Of a stretch of DNA of 64,000 nucleotides, positions 51,899-64,000 are shown in pieces. The position numbers and the translations under genes were made by a program. The notes beneath the pieces are model-generated. The model made no database searches and was not told the DNA's origin. It saw nothing but the letters and a program-made list of their open reading frames with translations. The stretch lies in the NCBI RefSeq assembly GCF_009914755.1, contig NC_060947.1; one strand, 5' to 3'. Each line of letters begins with the position of its first letter. Positions within the stretch are counted from its first letter, which is position 1. The stretch comes from the human T2T-CHM13v2.0 reference genome, Homo sapiens.

Positions 51899-54539
51899 CT
51901 GAAGAAGGAAGTGAGAGATGGCTCCTCAGGATGCAGCCGGCAGAGGCCAAGGCTCCAGGACTGACAGTAGGGTAGGTGGAGCTGATGCAGTGGGGTCCAC
52001 TTTGTCCTGGAGCAGGTGGGGCCCTTGGTACACATTCAGGGCATGCACCTCACCTTGACTCCTGGCACTGTCTGGGCCCTTTCTGCTCTGTGACCTGAAA
52101 ACACTGCCTTAGACCAAGGCCTCACCTCACAGTCCCTGGAGCTCCTGAAAGAGGAATTGAGGGGCCCTCAGGGTTCAGGCTGCAAGCACAGCCCCAGCCT
52201 CCCAGTGTTGTCAGGAGGGTGGGCTGGACTCTGTGAGTTCCCCACTACCCTGGGGTGGGGAGCCTCTGTGCTCACGTGGGGCTCTCACCTTTCTCCTGGA
52301 AAAGCCTAGACCCTGCTCCTTTGCTGGTCTAAGAAACTCTCAGATCAAAAGCTTACATCCCTGATACGAAATAGAAGACATGAGGGGACCCACATCTGGC
52401 CACAACTGCAGAGGTCCTCCCAGAAAAGACAGCAAGAGGTGGCCATATTCAGCTGGGTCCATGTGTACTGGGGTGAGGAGCCTGCTTGGTCCTCTTCTTG
52501 ATGCCTGATACGACCTGGGACCCTCCCTTTGTTGATCTGAGGCCACTTCCTTAAACCAAGGTCCTACCTCCAGGAGACATGGAAAGAGGAAGTGAGGGGA
52601 GTCCATCTACCCCCAGTTCCCCATGAATTCCCGTGGCTGACAGAAGGGGTAGGGTGGGGCTGAGTCCTGTGCGTTTGGAGAATGGTGTCCCCTCAGTCCT
52701 CACCTTGACTCCTGGCAGGGTCTGGGACCCTCCCTCTGCTGACCCGAGTGCAGCTCCCTTAGACCAACACCTCTCCCTCCCAGAGACCAGTGATCCTTGT
52801 ATAAGACAGGGAGACTCAGCGGACAGCCCTGACTGGGTTCTCCAGAGTGACAGTAGGGTCATGGCAGATTTCTGTGGGGACCCCATCTGTGTTATGGGCT
52901 GGGGGTACCCTCAGATTTCCCTCAGGTTCCTTACCTGGACTCTTGTCAGATCCTGCGACCCACTGTGTCTGTAGAAAAGAGGGGTTCCCTGTGTTGACTT
53001 GAGTCACCCTCTGAGAGCAAGGTTCTCACCTCCCTGAGATTCCAAAACAAAAGTAAGAAGGAGCCACATCCTGTCATCCCTGTGGGGTGTCCAGGGCTGA
53101 TATCTCCCCTTTACACCAAAACTCCATTTCCCTGAGGGTTCCTCATCTTCCTGCCTGTGGTAAAATTGAGCTTGCCACTTAGTGCCAATCCTGATCAGGT
53201 CCCCTCAGAGCTAAGAACAGGGGACAGCCAGACTCTGTGACATCCCTTCTTTCTGGGCTGCAGGTACCTCCAGTCCTCACTAAGGGGGCACCCCTTGGGT
53301 CCTGCAGATTCTGGGACTCCTCCCTCTGTTGACCAAGTGTGGAACCCTGTAATAACTTCTTAGCAACCCTCAGACCAAGGTCCTCACCTCCCTGAGACCC
53401 GGCAGGCAGAAGTGGGGAGGGGCACCACACGATCACACCTGCATGGGATTCCCAAAGCTGACAGAAGGAGCAGACATTTGGCGGGGGGGGGGGGGGGGGG
53501 TGGTGGGCAGGGGAGGGGGACAAGACGGGGACTTCCTTTATTTGGGTGTCCTCCAGGTATTCAGATTTACTCCCGACAGGGCCCAGCCCTTTCCCTCCTG
53601 CTGAATCGTGTATGGGTCTTGCACGCCAAAGCCACCATCTCCCTGGGATCCCCGGTGAGAAAGTGGGGGCCACTTCTCTTCCTCACCGTCCTGCCTGGGG
53701 TTCCAGAGCTGATAAGAGGGACAGATTTCCTAGTTCTGAGATGCGGGGATCTGCTGAGTCCTCCCTCAGGGCTCTGGGACTCCTCCCTCTGCTGACCTGA
53801 GGCTCCACTCCTCAGACCATAGCCCTCTCCTCATTGACACCCCAAAGGCACAGCAAAGACACATCACATGGGCCACCGTGCCTGAAACCACCCAGGGCTG
53901 AGGTCCCCACTGATCTGGACTCCAAGGTCCCTTGAGTCCTTTCTCTTCTTCCTCCCCTTGACTCTTGGCTGGGTTGTTCTCCTCTACCACGCCCCGCCGC
54001 AGACCTGAGTCACCGTCCCTTGGATTCCTCAGGCCGAGTGAAGAGACATCTCGGTCTGAGACAGAGGTGGGGTGGGCACCCTGTCCTGGGATCCCTTCAT
54101 GCCTCCCTCATTTCCCAGCAGGGCCCGGGCCTTCCCTCTGCTCCCCTGAAGCCGCATTCTTGGTACCAATATCCCCTTCCCTACGTCAGCCTCAGATGCC
54201 GACGTCAGAATTTGCGTTCCTGGTCGCCATGACCAGGGCTTCCCAGGGCCGACATCAGGGGCAGAGCCCTCCCTGAGCGTCCCGACATTGATGCTGGCAG
54301 AACCTAGGCGCGGCTCCCGCCGAACCAGCCGGGCCCTGGTCACACCAAGCTCTGACTCCCAGAGTCCCCTGCGGCTTAAGCGGCGGGAGAGAGTGGGGGC
54401 GGGGGTGGGGGGGGGGTGACAGCCCAGCCTGAGAAGTCTGCCCTCAGGTGGTCCAGAGCTGGCAGCAGAGGCAGCGCTGTATTATTTAGGGCTTTCTATC
54501 TGGGTTGGGGGCGTCCTCAGTCCTCCCTCAGCCTCTCAC

Positions 54540-54700
54540 CTTGCCTCCTCACAGAGCCTGGGCCCGCTCTCTTCAGCCGATCTCAAGCCTGTCCCTCAGA
54601 ACGAGAACCTCGCTTCTCTCTGATCCCCGAGGCGTAAGTTAGTGGCGTCACATCCGGTCCCCGGGGCTTCCCTGGGTTGACAGCAGGGGCGGAGTGGATT
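54540..54700 (-). promoter_or_regulatory. MAGEA10: MAGEA10 CpG-rich promoter/first exon
   Basis: Donor gaggcaag|gtgag (exon end 54540); CCGGATGTGACGCCA at 54643-54657; same unit as the MAGEA5 array. Confidence 0.8.
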
Positions 54701-57700
54701 CTGCCGGAACTGGGGTGGGAGTTGGGGTGGGAGTGAGGGTGGGAGTCCGGGTGGGGTGGGGTACGGGTGAGGATGGGGTTGGGGCAGGGGTGGTGGTGAA
54801 GATGAGTGTGGGGAGGGGCGTGGAGGTGGGAACTGGGATGGGGATCTTGGGGCTGTGGGTCGTGGTGGGGGTGGGGGTGGGGTCTTTCAGTCATCCCTCA
54901 GTGTCTCGACCTTGATGCCTGGAAAAGCCTGGACCCCTGTTTTGTGCTGAGGATGTCTTCTCCCCTTAAACCAGGTCTCTTGACTCGGAGTCTTCCAAGG
55001 TGGCAGTGAGGGGAGGGTTGTGGTAGGGGTGACAACATTGCCAGGGTCTTCCAGGGCTGACAAGAGGGGCTCAGCTGGATTCTGTGGCCCCTTTGTGAGG
55101 GGTGGGTGGACCCTCGGTCCTCACTCAGGAGGGTCTTCCTCCTGGCTTTTGTCTCTTTGATGAAGTGATGGGTGGGAGATGCTCAGTTTCCGTCACCTCT
55201 GATCATTTGCCCAGCTGCATCCCTTGCAGAGCATGGGTGCGGTTCCCAGGCCAGATGGTCCCTGGGGAGCTGCAACACCCGTGATTGTAATGACCTATGG
55301 GAGAAGACGCACACCTTCCCAACGGGGCTCTTCCCAAGCCACAAGTAGACTTGGCAAACTTTTTGTCCTAAAGGGTATATTTTCTACAAGAAAGAGGCTG
55401 AGCATCGGGGTGTGGAGAGGTCCTGCTGTTTTGAGTTTAGCTGATATTTTATAGTCCAATGCAGTGATGTCTGGTTTTCTAACCCTCATTCCTAGTAAAA
55501 ATATGTGTTTTAAATGTCTGCCAAGTGTATATTGAATACATATATAACATTTCATGAAAGAATACCTACCTTACGCTGTGTGGTTCACTGCTTATTCTAT
55601 TTCTGGTCTATTCTTTATATTCTATTATAATAATTTTTCTCTTTTTTTCTGAGCAAGAAAATTTAATATAAAGAATTATTAACTTGTAGCAGAGGATCAA
55701 CTAAGACCAGTCGTCACTGTGGTGGTTTTAGGTGGTTAGCAGCATAGACTCCGGAGTCATACTCCCTCAATCAACCCCGTCTTTCCTGCTGTCCTGATAT
55801 CACTCCAGAGCTACTGGGCTACTGGCATCGTGGTATGAAGTGTTGCCTCAGATTGTGCAATAAAGCAGGGCCAGAAATTCAAATATTTCTTCCTACTCGT
55901 CCTCTTATTTGCCGTCTATGCAGGCTGCGGACCTCCGCAAATGCACTGTTGTCCTCCACTCCCCCTACTCCAAACACAAGGTCCAATTCGAAATTCTGCA
56001 GTCTGCTTAGGGTTCTATCATGTTTTGCTGTGTAGAATTTGTTGAGTGTTGATAATGTTTTTTCCCTTCTCCCCTCCAGGATTGATTCTGGAGTGTAAGT
56101 CAGCAATATGAACTTGATGCTCATTTTGGCCTAAAGGTAAGGCACTAATTCTGTAAATAATTTAAGGAAAATTCACGCCTTTAAAATATTCTGTTCTCCA
56201 TTAATGGATATGGTATAATGCTTTATTTATTTGGGACTTCTTTCACCTGAATCTATCAGCAAACTTTTACAGTTGACTCCAGTAAGATCCTGCTCATTTT
56301 TGTTAGGATTATCTTTAAGGTAATTTTAGGAGTTTTTTGCTGTTTTTAATGGGATATTTTCTATTGTATGTTCTATTTACTGTTTTTTTATGACCAGTTT
56401 CTTGATTTTGCTATAATGAGCTTCCATAAAACATTTTTCTTCTGAAGTCTTTTATTCATTTAAATATTCCACATGCTTATTCCTTTGACTATTCGTTAAA
56501 GATAACATTGTCTCCAAACATCTCTCTTTTCAAAATTCATGCATCTTATTTAGTTTGATACCCATAGCTCTGGCTATGTGTTTCAGTGCAGTTTTGAACA
56601 GTAGAGAAGGTAGCATACATTTTTGTCTTGTTCCTGGCTTTTATGGAAATTCTTATAACATTTCACATTTAAGTGCGTTTGCTATAGATTTTAAGTAATG
56701 CAAGTTCTATTCTAATGTTAGTTTACTTTTTTTTTTTTTTACCATTATCTTGTGTTAAACTTCTTTGAAATGCTTTTTATGTAGCCATTGACATAATCAA
56801 GTGTTTTTTCTCCTCTAATTTGTTTACAGGGAATTACAATTAAAAGCATTTTCTAATGTTAAATCATAATTTTTATTCCTTGGACAGAGCTTGTTTGTTC
56901 AGTTAATATACTTCTATGTTGAATATGCTATTAAATTATTTAGAATATTTGCTGCTATGTGAGAGAGCTTGGCTCAAGCATTCTTTTCACTGGTTGCTCT
57001 CATCTGGTATTTGAATCAAAGAGTGCTGGCCTGGCAAAATGAGTTGAATAATTACCCATCTTTTTGTATGCTTTGGAAGAGTTTACATAAGATGGTAATT
57101 TGTTTCTCCATGATCATTTGGTATAACTGGCCTCCCAAACTGCCTTATCCTGGAACATTTGGCAGTGGCTTGAGTTTTGAATACTGTACAGTTTCAGTTT
57201 GTATTGTTTGATTAAACCTGTAAGTGATCAATTTCACTTAGGATTTCAAATTTAATGGCATGATATTTACAATAAAAAGTTTTTATTACAGATATTCTCA
57301 ACATATACGACAGTAAAGAGAATAGTATAATGAACCAATATACCAGACACTTAGCATCAACAATTTTCAATACATTGTCCAATCTGGTTCTAATTTTACT
57401 CTTACCTACTTCCATCTCTTGCTACCGTAATGATTTGAGGCATATCCCAGACATCATATCATTTTGTTTCTAATTATTTCATATGCTTTTATAAAAGATA
57501 AGAACTCTTTTGTGAAACATAAATTCAATGTAATTATATTTCCTAACAGTTTAAATGAGTAATCATCAAATGCCCAGATAATTTCCATATTTACCTGGCA
57601 GACATATACTTTAAAAATTAGTTTCTTTGAATCAGTGTTTAAATATGATCTAATCAGTGAAATTATTGGTTATATCGCTTAGTCTTTTTTAATCTATAAT

Positions 57701-57890
57701 TTCTCTGACTATTAATCTTTTTTTCCTTGCAACTTAAAACAAGACAAAACAAAAAAATAAACAGGTCTTGTATTTTGTCTAGTTTCCCATAGTATGGATT
57801 TTGCTCAATGCAGCACTTGTGGTGTCCCTTAAGAAGTTTTTCAGATCTTACTTTCTGACACTACAAAATGCTCCAGGCTCATTTTATATG

Positions 57891-58301
57891 CAGTTCTCCC
57901 TCAGCATCCCTGGGGGATTGGTTTCAGGAACTTCCATGGTATCAGAACATCTCATGTACCCCATAAAATATACATTTACTTTGTACCCACAAAACTTTTT
58001 TTAAAAGGACCTCCCATGAACACCAGAATTTGCGGATGCTCAATCTTTTATACAAAATGGTATAACATTTGCATATAACTTGTGCACATCCTTTCATATA
58101 CTTTAAGTTATCTCTAGATTACTTATAATACCTAATATGATGTAAATGCAATGTAAAAAAGTTGTTACTCTGTATTGTTTAGGGCATAAGGACAAGAAAA
58201 TAAAAGTCTGTACATGTTATGAACAGATCCAGTTTTTTTTGCGTATTTTTGATCTTTGGATTTTTAAATCCATGGATGTGGAATCCACAGAGGGGCAACT
58301 G
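57891..58301. mobile_element. MER2-like TcMar-Tigger DNA transposon
   Basis: Imperfect terminal inverted repeats cagttctccctc / gaggggcaactg followed by TA; MER2 body (atctctagattacttataatacctaat). Confidence 0.8.
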
Positions 58302-59489
58302 TATTTCATGCCCCAGTCTCAGAATCAGCCATTTCTCCAAGGAGCCCTAATTATTTTTACTAGATGATGGTTTTAGAAACTCACATCTTAGTTCTAGGTG
58401 GGCTTGTTGCTACTGGGGGAGTTGTTACTTATAGCCTTTCTCAGTTCACAGAGCAATGAAATATATATGTGTGTCTACACACACCTATAAATATTTGGAT
58501 ATGTAACCATCTGTAACTATATTAAACCGAACATGACTTTATGCTGACGTCTCCAACTCTAATCCATTACAACAAAGATTATTCTAGCCTCCTCCCCTTG
58601 CTTACCTGTGACGTCCCATTCTAACAATGAGAAACTCATCTCCTGTCATCTGTCAATCCATTCAGTTAACTGTTCAATTCCAATATACATGTATACTGTT
58701 TTCAGAATTATTAATCTGTACTCCTGTGGGAAACAACTTTACTAACTCTAGTACAGCACTTACATACAGTTCCTTTTGACCTTAGCTTTACAACACTCAC
58801 TTCCAAGTTACTTAAGGCAGCAAATTCCCATCATGCCCTTCAATGAGATTGTTTCATACATTTTTAATACAGTTAGAATGCTTTGCTATATTCTACATTT
58901 CATCCTGGAATTTTTTGATCTCTTAAATTATTTCTTTAATTTTCATACATTAAGATTCACTCTTTGTGCTATAAAGTTTTATGATTTTTGACACATACTG
59001 TCATGTATGAACCATTACAGTATCATAAAAATAGTTTCACTGCCCTAATAAATCTCCTGTGCTTAACCTTTTTACACTTTTCTACGTATGTTTATTGTTT
59101 CTATAATTCTTTCCCTTTCCAAAATGTCATATAAATGGAGTCATACACTCTGTAGCCTTTTCCAACTGGCTACTTTCATGTGACAATATGCATTTAATAT
59201 TTTTGATGTCTTTGCATGTCTTGTAGGTCATTCTTTTTTATTTATGAATAATATGTCATTGTAAGGCTGTGTCACAGTTTGTTTATCTATTCATCCATTA
59301 AAGGACATATTCCACTTTAGGGTGATTGCCAAATAAGCATCTATAAACATTTACGTATGGGGATTTGTGTGAACATATGTTCTCAAATCAGTTAGGAAAA
59401 TAACCCAGGAGCGTGCTTGCTGGATCTAAGGTGAGACTATGTTTAGTGTTTTTAAGAAACTGACAAACTGTCTTCAAAAGTGGCTGTAC

Positions 59490-59579
59490 CGCATGGCACA
59501 TGTATACATATGTAACTAACCTGCACATTGTGCACATGTACCCTAAAACTTAAAGTATAATAATAATACATTTTTTTAA
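59490..59579 (+). mobile_element. Young L1PA extreme 3' tip (~90 bp)
   Basis: gcatggcacatgtatacatatgtaactaacctgcacattgtgcacatgtaccctaaaacttaaagtataat; TSD aaaagtggctgtac at 59476-59489 and 59580-59593. Confidence 0.93.
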
Positions 59580-62236
59580 AAAAGTGGCTGTACTATTTTT
59601 CATTTCAACCAGCAATGAATGAGAGTTCCTTCTTTGCATTCTTTCTAGCAATTGGACTCGTATTTTTTAAATTTTATACATTCCAGTAGGTGTGTAGTAG
59701 TATTTATTGTTAGTTAATTTGAAACTACATAATAACAAATAATATTCAGTATCTTTTCCTATGCTCATTTTTTACCTGTCTTCTTTGGTGATGCATCTGC
59801 TTCAAACCTTTGCCCAGTTAAATGAGTTTTCTGGTTTTCAATTGTTGAGTTTTAAGTTTTTTGTATTTTGCATACAAGTGCCTTATTTGGTAGGTGTTTT
59901 GCAACTATTTTCTCTCTGTGGATTTTCTTTTCATTCTCTTTACAATGTTTTTCACAGAGTGCACACATTTTTAAAACGATACTTAACTTTACCAATTTGT
60001 CTTTCATGAATCTGAAAACTCATCACTAAATCCAAGGTTATATAGATTTTCTCCTGCTTTCTCCTAGAGATTTTATATAGTTTCTGCATTTTACGCTTAG
60101 GTCTACAAGCTATTTTGGATTAGTTTTTAGTGAAAGGTCTAAGGTTTTGTCTGGATTCATTTTATATTTTATTTTAAAAATTAACTTTCTTCATGAAATT
60201 GCATTTGCGCCTTTGTCAGAAATAAATTGACTCTATGGGTGTGGTTCTATTTCTGGACACTATTCTATTTATCTATGTTTTTATTCTTTCACCAATTCCA
60301 CATTGTCTTGATTACTATAACTTTATAGTAAGTCTTGAAATTAAGTAATGTGAGTCCTCTGACTTTGTTGTTCTTCTATATTGTATTGCCTATGCTCAGC
60401 TACTCTTATCCATATAAAATATACAGTAGTTTGTTGATATCTAGAAAATACCTTGATGAGAATTTGATTGGAATCATATTGTATGTACAGAACATATTGG
60501 GAAAAACTGACATACTAACAATTTTCTGTCTCCAACCCATGAATGCAGAATGACTTTCCATTTATTTTTTCTTTGATTTCTTTTATCAGTGCTTTGTTGT
60601 TTCCATATACAGAGCCTATACGTATTTTGAAGATTTACACATAGGTATTTTGTTTGGGGGGAACTATTATAAATGATGTTTTTAATTTAAAATTTTAATT
60701 GTTTATTGACAGTATTTGACAAAGCAATTTATTTTTTATATTAATCTCGTTTCCTATGACCTTGTTATAATCACCTTTTGGTTTAAAAGTTGTCCTGTGT
60801 TTGTTATTGTCATGAATTCTATGACATTTTCTACACAGATAAACATTTCTTCAGTGGACAAAGAGAGGCATAGTTTTTTTCTTCCCCCGAAGCACATGTT
60901 TTATTTCAATTTCTTGTCTTAATGTACTAGCTAATACTTCCAATATGATGTTGAATAGAAGTTGTCAGAGGAGACATACTTGCTTTTTTCCTGGTTTCTC
61001 AAAATCCTTAAGTATAATACTACCTCTGGGCTTTTGTAGACGCACTTTATTAAGTAGAGGATGTCCCCTTTGATTCCACATTTGCTGAGATTATTTTTAT
61101 CATGAATGTGTGTTGGATTTTATCATGAATGTGTGTTGGATTTTATCAAATGAATATTCTGCATACATTGATATAATAATATGGTAGTTTTTCTTTAGCC
61201 TGTTGACATCATGAGTTACATTAATTGATTTCTGAATGTTGGATCAGCCTTGCATACCTGTAATAAGTCTCACTTGGTCCTGATGTATAATTATTTTTAT
61301 ACATTGTTGGATTTGATTTGCTTATATTTTGTTGAAGATTTTTGGATCTATGTTCATAAGAGATATTGGTCTGTAATTTTGCTTTTTTGTATATCTTTAA
61401 CTGGTTTTGGTGTTATGGAGTGGTCTTACAGAATGAGTTAGGAGTGTTCCGTCTGCTTCTATTTTCTGGAAGAGAGTGTAGATTGCTATTAAGCATTATT
61501 TAAACGTTTGGTAGAATTCAACAGTGAAGCCATCTGGGCCTAGTAATTTCTATTTGGGAAATATATTAATTATTGACTCAATTTATTTTGCAGATATGTT
61601 TATTCAGGTTATCTTTTTATCTTTGTGTGAGGTTTTGTAGTGTGTATCATTTAAGGTAATTTTATCTAATTTACCAAATTTGTAGACCTAGAGTTGTCAT
61701 AATATTCTTTCATTATCCTGTTAATGTCCATGGCCTTGGTAAAGATTATCACTTTTTCATTTCCGATGTTTGTAATTTGAGTCTTCTATTTTTTTCTTGA
61801 CTAGCCTCACTAGAAGATTGTTAATTTTGTTGATCTATCCAGATAACTAGATTTGGGTTTATTGATTTTCTCTGTTGTTTCTTCTAAGATTTTTATGATT
61901 TATCTTTTACATTTAGGCCTTTGTTCAATCTTATTTTGTCTATTTGTTTCTTCTCTCTTTTCTTCTATGTAGTCTTCACAATTTGGGCTTACTTGCATCC
62001 ATCCTTATTTGGAAGTCTTTCCAGGTATTTGAAAGGAACTTGGGTGTTATAATCTAACTTTTTGGTCACCACAGCTGTATCTGCATTATGGGATACCCCA
62101 AGCCTAGTAATACTGTGGCTCCTGCATACTCTTAGACGTACTGACTTGGTCGTCTTGGATAAGATCTGGAAGAACTCTCTGGATTACCAGGCAGAAACTT
62201 TTGTTCTCTTCCCTTACTTTCTCCCAAGCAAAAGAA

Positions 62237-62238
<2 letters not shown>

Positions 62239-62278
<40 letters not shown>

Positions 62279-62300
62279 CTCTCTCTCTCCCTCTCCTTCT
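62239..62300. repeat. (CT)n microsatellite
   Basis: Directly visible. Confidence 0.92.
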
Positions 62301-62405
62301 CTAAGCTGTTTCTGTCCCATGAGGGAACCTCCACTTCTCAATTGCATGTCCTGGAACTTAGGCTCTGCAATAGGTAGCCTAGGATGGGATCAGAAATGTT
62401 GATGT

Positions 62406-62806
62406 TGTAAAAGAAAGTTAAAATGGAGACCAGGCCTGAATAATTCCTGAACAGACAAAAGCAGTTAGGCCTCATAAGTGACAAAAGCCTTGCTATTTCT
62501 TGTAAATGCCTATAGTGAAGAGAAACATAACTTAAGATCAACCAATCAGAAGTAGCAAACAAACTTATAATTATATAATTAAGAACTTTCCAGTGGGATA
62601 AGCCAGGTAAGACAACTGTATATTGGCTACTAATCAAAGGTTTTCTTAGCTTTCCTTCTGTGTCCATCCTTTAAAAGCCTCCCCATTGTGATCCTTCAGT
62701 GGAGCTCCTGAACTGCTTCTGGTTTAGAGCTACACACTTCATGAACTATTTTTTGCTCAAATAAACTCATTAACATTTTATCGTGCCTCAGTTTACATTT
62801 TTAACA
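62406..62806 (+). mobile_element. Solo LTR, probably ERV1 class
   Basis: TG...CA ends, CCAAT box, AATAAA ~45 nt before the end; imperfect 4-bp TSD atgt/aagt. Confidence 0.65.
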
Positions 62807-63236
62807 AAGTTCAGCCCCTCCCAGGAAGATACCATACTCTTGAACTTGAACCTGGAAGAGAGGCTGCCCTACGTTCTTGGCTACACCCATCTGGAATTTA
62901 GTTTCCTTCACACGGTGATAAGGAAGAGCAAAGGGAGTGGGTCATGGTTCAGATGCCACAGACTCTCACTGTTGTTACCAAATGTCAGATTTTCTTGAAT
63001 ATGTTTTTCTTCATTTGCTATATGCCCTTAGGTCATTTCCAGATATTTTAAATTGCTTTAAAAATAATTGTTACCAGTTTCACTGGGGAGTGAATCCATG
63101 GAGCTCCTCATGTTGTCAATGCAAGAAGTGGAACTCCCTGGGTGTAACTTTTGTCACTTAGTTTTAATTTTTATATTTACCTTAGGTTCTATATTTTTAT
63201 TTTTATAATTATTTTTATAATTTATTTTTCTGTTTT

Positions 63237-63613
63237 TGCTATGGTCTGAGTGTGTCCCCCAAACTTCATGTTGAAACTTAATCACCAAAGTGATAGGCAT
63301 TAAGAAGTGATTAAGTCATGAGGGCAGAGTTTTCATGGATGGGATTAGGCTCTTATTGAAGGACTTGAGAGAGTGGCCCTTATTGTGCTCTTCTGCTCTT
63401 CTGCTGTGTGAAGACACAGTGTTCATTTCCTTTTCGTGCCCTCTGTACCTTCCTCCATGTCAGGATTCAGTAAGAAGGCCCTCACCAGACACACAACCAG
63501 CTGACATTTTTGATCCTGGATTTCCCAGCCTCAAGAACTGTAAGAAATACATTTCTAGTCTTTATAAATTGCCTAGTCTGTAGTATTTTGTTATAGCAGC
63601 ACAAACAAAGACA
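63237..63613 (+). mobile_element. MaLR LTR (MST-type)
   Basis: tgctatggtctgagtgtgtcccccaaacttcatgttgaaacttaatc...gtattttgttatagcagcacaaacaaagaca. Confidence 0.88.
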
Positions 63614-64000
63614 AATTTATTCTTCCCTCATGTTTGCTAGATATAGAGCATTGTATTTTTCCCTCCATCATAACCTATTATTTTGAAAGTTCTATTTATT
63701 TCCATTCAGCAAATTGTTGACTTAAAACTTCTAACAAATATATTTAAACCTATAATCTCCCATCAACGAAGAATATTAATCCAAGTTTAGCATATTCCTC
63801 AAGCAAGATTCTTAGAAAGCTTTTGTTTATTTTCTACTCTTCCCATATTTTTGGGGTTTCATTGATCTCAACTGAATATTTCAAATCATTATTTCAATAA
63901 TATCTCATTTCTGTTTTATAAACCATTACATAAAAATTTTGTTAAATTTTATAGCCTTATTATAAAAACTATTTATTGTAAACTATAATATTTATTTCTT

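Larger units (their letters stand above)
56140..62000 (-). mobile_element. Old L1M fragments (several, nested)
   Basis: Long antisense L1 ORF2/3' motifs (tttggtagaattcaacagtgaagccatctgggcct); limits approximate. Confidence 0.7.

Noticed and set aside
51685-52035. N-terminal extension of MAGEA10 in the 486-aa ORF call
   Set aside because: It starts at a non-ATG codon and reads through 5'UTR exons and introns with clear splice sites; the true start is ATG 51684

Overview
Primate (very likely human) genomic DNA that I recognise as the Xq28 MAGE-A cancer/testis cluster. It holds two tandem minus-strand paralogous units. MAGEA10 has an intact 369-aa CDS at 50575-51684. MAGEA5 has a 124-aa ORF at 31249-31623 cut short by a premature stop, with the disrupted rest of the MAGE domain down to 30687 and an array of five promoter/first-exon repeats. 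The remainder is mostly L1, Alu, MaLR/ERV LTRs (including a HERV-K LTR5 solo LTR with a 6-bp TSD) and simple repeats. Main leads: (1) a plus-strand two-exon gene at 43585-44055 with TATA box, canonical intron and polyA signals, encoding a 97-aa basic protein resembling the CSAG/VCX/CXorf51 germline family, divergent from MAGEA5 and downstream of an MLT2 LTR; (2) a minus-strand exon plus micro-exon relic of an unidentified gene at about 20.5-20.8 kb; (3) a 71-bp perfectly identical island inside an otherwise diverged duplicated ERV-like relic. All family and gene names come from recalled sequence, not database searches, and boundaries of old repeats are approximate.
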